This document shows positions 24,972 to 36,087 of a stretch of 64,000 bases of DNA, one piece after another (within the stretch, counting starts at the first letter, position 1; every line of letters starts with the position of its first letter). This stretch comes from Utricularia gibba. Its lineage: Eukaryota > Plantae > Magnoliophyta. Under the pieces are notes generated by a model. The model did not search any database. It worked only from the letters and a program-made list of their open reading frames with translations, and was not told the DNA's origin. The stretch spans positions 992,001 to 1,056,000 of the forward strand of contig NEEC01000010.1 of NCBI GenBank assembly GCA_002189035.1. The letters run 5' to 3'. The translations under genes and the position numbers were made by a program.

Positions 24972-27056
24972 CTAATGTCTTTTCATTTCCTGGAAAATGT
25001 TGGCCACCTTGGGGGATAATCTGGGCAGGAATTTGAATAGCTGGAAAGGGTAATGCGTGTGAACACAAAAACAACGAGTTAACAAAGAGGGATTTTTCTG
25101 GCTATGCAAAAGGAAGTGATCATGATACATACCCAGAGCTTGACGCAAGCATCAATGACAACTGGGATCAGGCAGACGAATATGGTGATGGCCGCTTGAT
25201 CAATCTCAAATCCATAGTGTTCGACGATCACCTCGATCAAGGTTTGCCAACCCGATTCCGAGTGATACCTGAAAGATATCATGTATGTTCACAGTGAGTT
25301 AAGCAGAGGTGCAGATGAATGTGATTCATTCTCATGAGGATGAAGGTGTTAGTTACCCAGAAAAATATCGGTGATGAGTATTATGGCGAATGCTTTTCCA
25401 GTGTCTGAGATGTTATTCAGTATCTTGTAGCCAGTAAATTTCAGCAAAGCTACCTGCAAGAGTACAAAGCTTGGTACATGAGTATACATACAAAGGCTTC
25501 CGTGTACAGATTTTGTGTGTTTCTTAAGTAACAGAGACTGTACAAAATCTCAGAAGTATATGGTTCAATCTAACAAACGCGATTTGAAGGAAAGAACAAA
25601 AGGAAAACTGTAAGGCTGCTGCTCACTTGATCCTGACAGCAGCATAGGAGAATGAATAATGAAATTCCAAACACCATATCTGACCAAATGTTTGCAAATG
25701 CTTTACGGTTTTCTAATCTCTTTTCATCTCTCAGCTGCAAACTGTATAGAGTCACAAGTCCCAATCATGACAGGTAACATTGGGTGCTTCTTCAACCCCT
25801 TGCAGGAATAAGAAACTGAAGATACCGCCCAACAATAAAGAACTTACGCTTTGTGCCTTATCTCCTCATAAAGCTCCTTATCTGAAAGTGGAGGGGATTT
25901 GCCTATTTCAACTTCAAGACGATACCGAGCTTTTTCAAGGTTAAGGTCCTTGAATATTTCTAGTTTTTGATTCCTTCTCACATCAAGCATCTCAGCAGCA
26001 AGTGGGACAGTCTTTACGTATCTGCTCATGAAAATTTACTATTGGTTGACGCATAAACTGCAAAATTGAAGCACTCAGCCATGTCCACCATTATACACTT
26101 CCAATGCATTTTGAATACGATCTTGTAATGGTTAACTGGTTCATTCAACCAAAGAAGAATATATACTTCTTAATAGACCTAGATAAAGAGGTTGGCTGCA
26201 CCAAATTTAAGATACATCATGCATGTTGCAGAGAGTATTCACCTGTCCAGGAAAGGAAGAAGAACATAGTCGTGAACGAAGAAATCCAAACCCCACGGGA
26301 CAATGATCAGCACTGCCAAAAATTTAGCCTGGAAACCAAAAGTTCATTAAGCACGCATGTAATGAGACATGATTTGGTTTATGCTAAAAAGAAAACATAA
26401 AGACAGGCTAATGCATAAAACTAATAAAAACTCACTGATTTAAGTGATGCATAGCGGAAAACTCGATCTTCATACTGAAGATCATCACCTGCATCATCTC
26501 TTCCTAGAATCGCATCCCTGAAGGACTTGACTAATCCTCTCCCAGAAAATAACTCACCATCTTCGCCGATATCATCAACCTGTTTCTCGTTCGCACCATT
26601 TGTTTCTTCATACCATGAAACTCCTTTCCTGACCTCATTATCATTTTCCTGGATAATCCAATCCTCCCACATTCTATTCCCCTCATTGCCGCCATTCTTT
26701 TGTGCTTCACTAAGCTCTACAATGGCCTCTGCTCGCTGTTTCCACAACTCAAACTTTTCATTCTCTGATTGTTCATCGTCTTCACTCAAAGTGTCATCAG
26801 GCTCCAGAACATCGAGCACATCTTCATCCTTCAAACCGAGCCAATTTCCACCTTCATCAAAAAAGAACCTCTGCCACCAACTTTTTTTCTTTGAGTGCCT
26901 TCTCTTGGCATAAAGCCTGAGAGTCCTTGGCCTCCCACAACTCAACCGACCTGACGTGCTTGGAGCATTGCAACATGAAAATGATTTATGGGAGCTAATG
27001 TTCATGGACAGGAATATATTTTGGCAGAAGATAAGTGAATTGCTCATGAAGAACAT
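24972..27056 (-). CDS. DLDG1: Nuclear-encoded CemA/Ycf10-like chloroplast envelope protein (DLDG1-like)
   Basis: KKSWWQRFFFDEGGNWLG, YEDRVFRYAS, LEVEIGKSPPLSDKE, RLENRKAFANIWSDMVFG, TDIFLGYH/SESGWQTL..EHYGFEIDQAAITIF, C-terminal NIFQEMKRH*; multi-exon. Confidence 0.88.
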
Positions 27057-27882
27057 GTAAGACCTTCCACATTTTTCAGCCGAACCTCATAAATCAGAAA
27101 ACTCGGAGTCTTTCGAAACGAAAACAACCCCAAGCCCATGACAACGAACTCAACCAGACAATTAAGCAATCCTTGAATCCCATTATCCTCTTCCAGGATT
27201 CAACAGATTAGGAACTTCAAAAAAGAAAGCCCCACATAGAGATAAGCTGTCAAAATACGGCGGAAAAAACGATAAACAGCCCATTAGAGCTAGAAATGAA
27301 TAGAAAAGAAGTTTTCCGATGAGCAATTCAAGTAGATAACGAAAATTTTTCCTGAGAATGCAAGGAGCCAACCTAGGAGGATAACGGTTCCAGTTGTCTA
27401 AAGAAGCAGGCTTTTCTTGGACAAAGGAGCCCAGGTATCAAAAACCCCTTTGGGCCGATACTTCTCTCAGTTCCCAGTTACCGGTCACCAGCTGCTTTAA
27501 GAAGCAGGCTTTCCTTGTGATCAATCCCTTTGGGCTGAACACTTGACTGCATAGATCGCTGTCGCGAAAGCTTCGAATGATTTCATTGACTATAAACTCG
27601 GCCCGTTTCAAACTCGAAGGGATCACCATTCAGGCATTTCTTCGAACAGTTCCAGCTCTCAGTCACCTGTGTAATGTAGCTATAGCGTTTCGCGTGCATC
27701 GCCGGCCGGAATTCCGCTCCATGCTAAAGATCTGGAAACTAGAATCACAGAGATAGGTATGGCGATCATCTCCATACAGAATGGATCTTTTAAAGCTGCT
27801 CTTTTTATCGAACAGAATTTTGTTTGGGGAGGAATTGTACTGAATGAGTACTATACACTGTTTCGGACAGAAAGAGAGGATC

Positions 27883-29707
27883 TTAATCAAAGTCATCAGC
27901 TTTGCGGACAAAATCTGCAAGGTCTCTTCCCTTTGTCTCAAAGGGGAAAAACAACACGCACACCCCAGAAAGCACAACTACGACCGCAAAGAATGTCGCC
28001 GCAAGCGTTAAATGGCATTCCCTCACTAGCCCTACGGCAACCAGAGGGCACAGCATTCCACCTAATCTCCCGACAGCACTCATCAGTCCTGTTCCGGTTG
28101 CTCTTACAGGAGTTGGGTAAACCTAATAAAAAAAAAAGGAAGAATTGGCATCTGGGTTTGAAAAATGAAGGGAGAACAAGAAGTTGTTATTACCTCCTCT
28201 GCATAGACGATCAGCGTGTTAAAAGCTGCAGACATGAACATTCGGGCACTGATTAACAGAGCTGAAGCCAGAGGTCCACTTTGAAGACCAATCAATGGTA
28301 CAATTGAAATCACTGTGAACAGTGAGATGAGCTCCATGCAAATCTTTCTTCCTAACCAGTCGACAGTGATTGTCGCAACAATAAGGCCCGGAAGCTCTAC
28401 AAGAGAAGGCAATGATCACTCAAGTTGGGGAATACCCAAATACTGGAACATGGAATTCTAAAGAGAACATGAGAAACGAACCTGCAACACAAGTGATCAG
28501 AGTATTGGTATAGAGACTGTCATGATTATCTCCAACAAGCGTATTACCTACGCTACAATCATTTTGGCTACTCAAGGAAGAGATCATCAATTGTATACCA
28601 TAGTAAATGAATGTGTAGAAGAAGTCCAAAGTCCATAAAAGAAGAGTTGTTTTTAGCAAATTTGGTGAGAAGAGCTGACGAATGGTTTGGAGGCATGTCT
28701 TGAGAACTTTTGTCCCGTTTTGTAGAGAAAGAAGATGGCTTCCTTCTGAAGAACTTTCTGCATCTTGGTGATGATCTAAAATAAGGTTGCCGGCAGGAAT
28801 TTCCTTACCGTTGATCGAAGCCATTTTCCTTAAAATTACGCATGTTTCTTGCGTTCTTCCCTTCATGAATAAGTACCTTGGAGACTCTGGAGCGAAACCA
28901 GATAACAAGAGAGCAGTTAATGCTGGAAATGAAGATGCAACAAGTAGACACCTCCAGCCAAATCTTGGTGTGATAATCTGCCAAGAATCAAGCAATTAGA
29001 TACCTGGAAAAAGAGTAGGAATTGTAAAGATAGGTATTGGAAATACCCATGCTAGTGAAACCTCCAATAATTCTCCAAAAATCCAAGAGGCGGACATGAC
29101 AAGCATCCAGACGCCTCTGTTAGAGCTTGGAATGAACTCCAAGAACCATGATATAAATACATGCGAACCGGAAATTCCAAATCCGACCATGACACGAAGA
29201 ATAAGAAGTAATGTATAGTTTGGAGAGAATGCACTTAAAAGACCAGCTCCAAACACAATAGTAGAAACAAACCGAATTCCTACCCTGTTTAGAGAATCAG
29301 ATGCAGCATTATTTTTAAGTTTCATATGAGGTTATACTGCTGAAATCTGACAGCAGCTACTACAAAGAAAAAAAAACTTTCTGAAGTAAACATAAGCTGT
29401 GGCTAGACAGGAAAGGTACAAGGAGTGAAGAGGAGTACTTTCTTCCGTACGTATCAGAGACATAGCCCCAAAAAAATGCTCCAGAAAACATTCCAACGAA
29501 AACTGCAGTTGTTATAAGGCTCTCTTGAGTGTGAGTGAGAGACCACTCAGATCTTACTGCTGGTCCAATGAATGACAGTAAGCTGACTTCCATAGCATCC
29601 GAAAAATAACCAATTCCAGAAAAAACCAGAGCAAAAATCTGGAATTTGCCAAACCCAACTTTTGACATAGCCTCATCCAGTGTATGGGAAGGTGTATGAT
29701 CTTCCAT
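27883..29707 (-). CDS. MFS transporter, OCT7/NiaP (SV2-like) family, copy A
   Basis: Five exons with open frames: HTLDEAMSKVGFGKFQ...SDAMEVSLLSFIGP...SDTYGRK / FLEFIPSSNRG / ESPRYL / ELPGL..VDWLGRK / VYPTPVRATGTG..GRLGGMLCP..ETKGR. Confidence 0.92.
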
Positions 29708-30832
29708 CTTCCTAATTTTTCAGGAAAAAAAAAAAATTCAGCACCCATTATCTGTTGAATCTGCAAGTTACTGATGATTGTTGGAAAACCTGATCTTGTC
29801 AAATTCCAGCTTAAATTTAAACTAATCACCACTAAAGAGTTCGATTGAAAGTGAAATCAAATCATAATAGACGCCAAAACTAAGAAACAGTACAGCAAAA
29901 AAAAAGGGCTAAAACAGTGAGATACCAGACGTTCTTGTGTTCATCAACCCCCAAATAAAGCCTTCTTATATTTCTTCCAAGCAAAATCATAACAGATAAA
30001 AGATGAATCTCCACACGGAAGAAACTCCCTAATGCAGGGAACACTAGGACAACGACGGCGGGGTTTCAAGGCTTCAGCTTCTACAAACGACGAACGACCA
30101 ATGGGAGACGCCTTTTGGGTTGGACGAATTTACAAGCAAACCCCCATACTGGGCTCTCTCGACAAATTAGCTTTGTCAGAGAACTGACAAATTTATGCGA
30201 ATTCAAGTGATCCTTCCACTTGGTTACTTTTCTGGATTAAATATTTTTTACAATGAATTCAACAGAATGTCATTTTTATTATAAAAATATAAAATATTAT
30301 ATAATAAAAATAAATATTTATCATTTTAAATGTTTATGAAAATTATGAGATTAAATCCAAAAAAATCATGAATTCAAATTGAATTTATTATTATTAATTG
30401 TGTAGCTTATGGTTGTAATCCCAAGTTGATCAAAAAAAATTATTATTTTTATTTATAAGTATTATACTACATGGTTATCAACATATTCATATTGATATGT
30501 ATTTCATTTGCGATGAGCCTTCTATTAAGAGGGCGTGTTACATATAATTCACTTAATATCAAATTTTCTTTCATATTTTACAAGTTTAATTCCACTATTT
30601 TTAATTCATATGACATTTTTAAAAAAATATAATGTAATTATTACTATTTTCTCAAGATATAAAATGTTTGGATATTATTAATCATATTAATGATAAACAA
30701 AATTACTTCTCAACTACATCATCATTTAATTTTTGCATTTTTCTATTTGTTTTGGCTTTTTGTTTCTTACAAATACTTGACTACATTACACAAAAACCAA
30801 ATAAATAAACATAATTAACTTTTTTCAAGGCT

Positions 30833-32877
30833 TTAGCTATTTAGCGTGACTGTATCTGCAAGCCTTCTGCCCTTTGTTTCCACCGCTAAAAACAGCACAC
30901 AAATCCCAACGAAGAGCGCAATGACCTCAAGCGACGCGACCGCCGCCGTTTGGTGGCACCCGGAGACCATCCCCACGCCCACAATCGGACATAACATGGC
31001 ACCTATTCTGCCCACCGCATTGGCCACTCCCAATCCCGTCGTCCGTACGGAAGTTGGATATATCTGAAAGAAGCCATGATCAAAGCTTGACAGTGGGGTG
31101 TCCATGTCGGAATGGAAGCCGGATCAGCAACTTACCTCAGAGCAGCAAACACCGGCCACGGTGAAGGTCCCCGTGATGCAGAGCCGGGCTCCGAAGAGCA
31201 GACATGTCATCAGGAGTTCGTGCTGACTGATCATCAATGGGAAAAGAAGAACGAAGGTAATGGAGTACATTAGTACAAGGGAAAGGCGGCGGCCGATGCT
31301 GTCGACCAGAGCTGCTGATAAGAGAAGCCCCGGAAGCTCTGGAGTCATGCCCAATGGGCTTGGATTAGATCATCAGAACAGATAAGAAACGGAGATCGAA
31401 TGAATGGGTGTCTGTTTAAGTACCTGCTAAGCTGGTGATGAACACACTTTTGTAAAGGCTGGAGTTCGCTTGGGTCAAGCTAGGGGCATTCGACCAGCAT
31501 CGACTCCGTCCGCTGCTCAACTCGGAGGTCATTAGGATGATGCCGTAGTACAAGAATGAATTCCCGAAGAATAGAGCCCAAGCAACAAGTGTTGTTTTTG
31601 CAAGGCTTGTTGAGAATAGGGACGGGATTGATGAGAATGTTTTAGCAATGGAGTTACTCAGATTTCTGGTGGATTCCGAGTGCCATTCTTCATTGCTTGC
31701 TATAAAACCAGAGGCAATCATATTGGGAGGAAGTGTGATCTTGTTGATGGCCGCCATTTTGGTGAGGACATCATGAAGATCACCGAAGTTACCCTTTAGA
31801 CAAAGATACCTTGGAGATTCCATAGTGAAAAAGTTGAGTATCAGTGTTAGAAAGCATGGAGCAGATGATATTGCAAGAAGCCACCTCCATCCCATTCCTG
31901 GTATAATGATCTGCAATCATGATACTCGTGAAGGTTCAAAGCTTCCAACAATTTCAAGTACAGCATCACAAAGTTATTGAAAGCGTACCCAAGCTAAAAG
32001 ATCCTCGAAAATGGTTCCGATTGTCCAGAAAACAGAGAAGATGACCATCCACACACCTCGGTTATGCACAGGCATAAACTCAAGAAACCAAGTTGAGTAA
32101 ACAGGTCCACCTCCTAAACCAATGCCAACAACTGCCCGTGCGAGTAGCAAAGAAACATAATTTGGGGAGGCCAGGCTTAGAAAAGTAAATATGCTAGTGA
32201 CAACCATACTTAAAAATCCCATCCTGTTGAATATAAAAGTCATTAGATTATATAAAATCACAAGGTCCACAACTCTTTAATGAAAGGAAATGCTAGCAGG
32301 CGCAGTACTTAGTCTCATCCTGGTGAACGCAATAATCTATCATATACTAAGAGATAAGCCCCTCTGGCAGCAGAAGGAACTAGAATGCAATTTTTCTCAA
32401 AATACAGATCAAAGACATGCCTTCTTCCATAGTTATCGGATATGACGCCCCACAGACAATCTCCAACAAGCATGCCGCCAAAAAGCGCAGTCGTTACCAG
32501 ACTCTCTTGTGCAGATGAAAGCTTCCACTCAGCTGCAAAAGAAGGTCCTATGAAGGACAGTATCATCACCTGCATAGCCACTGCCATCGACCCGATTCCC
32601 GCATAAACAAGCGCAAGCGCTCCGAATCGACCAAATCCGATCGCCGCCAAAGCTTCATCGAGTGAGTAAAGAAGCGCCCCACGATCACCACTAACCTTCT
32701 ATCAGCAGAAAAATCAAAGTAAACAACCGCGATAGAAAGTATGATCAGCAAGTCCCCTTAATCACATATAACCGTAATTAACAAACAAAGCAAGAATTCA
32801 TTTTTGAGAATCCCAAAATTAGAGCATATCCCAGACGCCGTAAGAAGGAGGTTCTCGCCGGATACCTCGGAATCCAT
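30833..32877 (-). CDS. MFS transporter, OCT7/NiaP (SV2-like) family, copy B
   Basis: [15 protein letters not shown]...SDNYGRR / [11 protein letters not shown] / ESPRYL / [18 protein letters not shown] / [26 protein letters not shown]. The start is inferred from a 12-nt first exon (ATG GAT TCC GAG, 32877-32866). The intron after SDNYGR has a GC donor. Confidence 0.88.
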
Positions 32878-34341
32878 TCCAAGAACAGGTGTGCGAGTAA
32901 GAGGGTAGCTGAATTATGCAAATCTTCAACGAGCTCCCATGTCGTGGTCGATCACAATTCAGAATTCGATTCTCAGCCGTTAGTTTTTGAGGCGACAGGA
33001 TGGCATAAAAAACAAGAACATCACGAAACGGCTTCGGCAACATGACGATCAAAAGCAATGTTTTCACTGAGAAGACAACAATTTTCGCATTTTCACCCAC
33101 AAGAATGAAACGTGCATTCATTCTTTTCTTTTTTAATCCAAGATAATAATGAAAAACTATTTTTAATACAAAAGCTGAAAATAATAAAATATGCAAAAAA
33201 AAACCCCAAAAAATCACATTTAATATTTTGTGAGCTAAACCATCCATGTGGGGGCAATGAAACCTCGACCAATAAACCATAAAAATTTGGAATCCACTTG
33301 AATTAGATTCAATTAATTGAAATTTGAGTTTGGAGAAGATCCAAGTAGCTCATTCGTAATTCATTTTTCAAATTATTTATAATTTTAAATTAAACTTTTT
33401 TTATAAGAATTAAATTGTGATAGTTGGTTTTATATCACTCATATTTTAGATTTTTTATGACTTTTTTAAATCATTTTATATATCTTTTATTTTTCTTTTT
33501 CAATGTTTTGAAATGAATTTTATATGCTTTATATCAATTTGATTTTTTTAAAGAAAAGCATATTTTATGATTTTTCAGATTGATTTCAATTTAAATTAGA
33601 GTTTACCTTAGTGAAAATTAATATTGAATTACTTGAATTAAGATTAAATCAAATATTATCAGATAACATAAGATTTGGATCTTATGTCAGAATATTTGAA
33701 TCTTATCCTAGAATATTTACATATTATTTATATTTTTTAATTGAAATTTTTTTATATGGAATTAAATTGATTCAATATTTTATAAAAATGAAAGTAATTA
33801 TTTAAATTAAGTTTTTAATTTTTTTTATGAATATTAATGAATTCAAATTCAAAAAATCATAAATTCAAATTAAACTGTGAAGACCGTGGTCATTGATCGA
33901 GATTAAAGATGTGGTGTTAAATTAAAGAGAAATAGAAATCATTTTTTCAATAAATGGAAAACATATCAACCGTGAACAAGATTTGATTTCTGAAAAAAAA
34001 ATTATAAAAATTCCTCGTGCGTAATTGAACTGCAAATGGTTGCGGGGTTCCAATCTCCGCCCCCGGAGGGTGACTCTCTTTTTGCTTTCTTTCTCAATGT
34101 GTTCCTGCTCAGATTCTTCTCTATCTTGTCAATGAGTTTTTGTTTTTCTCTTTCTGGGTTAGCGTCAATCTAGGGATGCGGCATCGTTTCCGGAATTTCA
34201 TGCGCCATTGTTTTCTCAAGATTTTCTTACTAAGCCTGCTTGATAATTCACGCAGATGCATCAAGATCATATGTGAAGGGGATTTCGCACGATAAAGGCA
34301 CGTTCTTTAATCGTGATTAGTAGAGTTTTGGAGGATCCCGG

Positions 34342-35885
34342 ATGGCGGAGGCCTCCAATTGTATGTGGGGTTATAGGAATTTTCAGATGATGTCTTTTAA
34401 GAAATTGTCGTCCAATGCAACCCCCATACGTGTATGGGGAAGAAGGATTTCTGGGAAGGGGGATGTGAAAGGTTGTTGCTTGAACAATTTCGAGAATCCG
34501 TTGCAAATCGGTGGCCAAAAAGCATCTCAAATTGTCCGCGTTTCTGGGGAAGTTGTTAATGTCGGGCACCATCGAGATAGCTCGGTTAATGGAACCATTA
34601 ATGGTAGCTCTGCTTCATCAGCTAGGTTCTGGGACCGATCCTCAACTGGGAAAATTGTGATCGCGGTTGATGTTGATGAGGGTAACTCAGATCTCAGGCG
34701 TTTGCCGTATCTTAAGTTTACGTTGATGAGGAATTCTCTCACAACTCTATCAGCAGAAGGTGTGATGTAGAAATGATTTGAGTCCTCTTGGTTTCGTTTT
34801 GCAGTTCTAGGGAACTTCGTATCAGCTCTCAATCAGTTCATCGCTGATCACTACTTTCAGAGTCACTCAGTTTCTGAGTATTACGTCTATGAGTTCTTCA
34901 AGGTACAGAAATGTAGTCAGCTGATCGATATGAGTTTCTGAACTTAGACTACGCCGAAAAAAATAGCATTCATTCGTGTGTTATTTGTTTTTCTTGCAGA
35001 TATGGAACTGTTCTCGTGCTGAAGGTATTACTCAAAATGCTTAGCTTGATGCTTAACTTACTATATGCACTCATTGCGGGCCAGCGCTGATGCTAATGAA
35101 CCATAGTTTCATCCGAACGTGTTTCATAATCACACGCAAAACAAGCCTTGGAATGCTTGTTGCATATTGATGTTGGAATGATGCCCGAAAAGCTGAATCG
35201 GTCCAAGCTAGAAGTATAGAACTGTTTTTTCTTTTTTACAAGGCAACTGATTACCGTGCTCTTCATCTTGGCAGCTGACATTCGTGTTCATGAGTTCTTC
35301 GAGACGCCTTATTTTAAGAAAGGAATATATCCGATTCCTGGTGCTAGAGAAGCTCTTCAGAACTTATCAGAAACATACAGTTTCTCTATCGTTACGTATG
35401 TCAACCAGCCCCTCAGCGGTCACTCAGCGCATTTTTTCTAAGCAATCTTCCTTGTACCCTTTTGGTTATGCTGCAGATCCAGGCAGAATGCCATCAAGGA
35501 GCAAACTGTCAACTGGATCGAGAAGCATTATCCAGGGCTGTTTCAAGAGATTCATTTCGGCAATCACTTTGCGTTAGATGGGAATTCAAGGCCAAAATCA
35601 GAGATTTGCAGGTATCTTTCTGCTGCTAGTTTTTCAAATGACCACATTAAAAGGGTGATTATCACCTTTTCCGTCAGGTCCTTGGGAGCCAAGATACTGA
35701 TCGATGACAATCCCAGATACGCTGCAGAGTGTGCTGATATCGGGATAAAGGTTCTTCTTTTCGATTATGAGAACTCGTATCCATGGTCCAAAAACGACAT
35801 CGTCCATCGCCACCCTCTTGTTACCAAGGTTCGGAACTGGAAGGAGGTTGAACATCAGCTAGCTTCATTGGCTGTTCACCAGTGA
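34342..35885 (+). CDS. HAD-superfamily 5'(3')-deoxyribonucleotidase-like protein (NT5C family)
   Basis: Six exons: IAVDVDE/VLGNF (DxD motif), HEFFETPYFKKGIYPIPGA, SIVT/SRQNAIKEQT, EIHFGNHFAL, ILIDDNPRYA, VRNWKEV*. The N-terminal start is less certain. Confidence 0.9.
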
Positions 35886-36087
35886 TCTCCCACTCTTGTT
35901 AGGACTTGCCATTCTTGGGGTCTCATGAATGTCTCAAAGAATGCTTAAAGTGTGTTAGTGTTTATAACTAATTGGAGCAGTGATTTAGAAACATTGGAAA
36001 GTCTAGAGAGTGTGTGTAAAATTATTTATATATGAATTAATTAGCCATTTTAAAAAAGTATGGTAGTGCCCTTCCCTTTTCTGTGTT

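Noticed and set aside
30172-30191. TTTGTCAG-AGAA-CTGACAAA hairpin as a miRNA precursor
   Set aside because: The stem is only 8 bp and does not match a miRNA I recognise.
1-33000. Bona fide triterpene biosynthetic gene cluster
   Set aside because: No oxidosqualene cyclase, UGT or acyltransferase in the window; kept only as a low-confidence lead.
32819-33280. 153-aa minus ORF upstream of transporter copy B
   Set aside because: Low-complexity F/L/K-rich translation of AT-rich promoter DNA; no recognisable domain.
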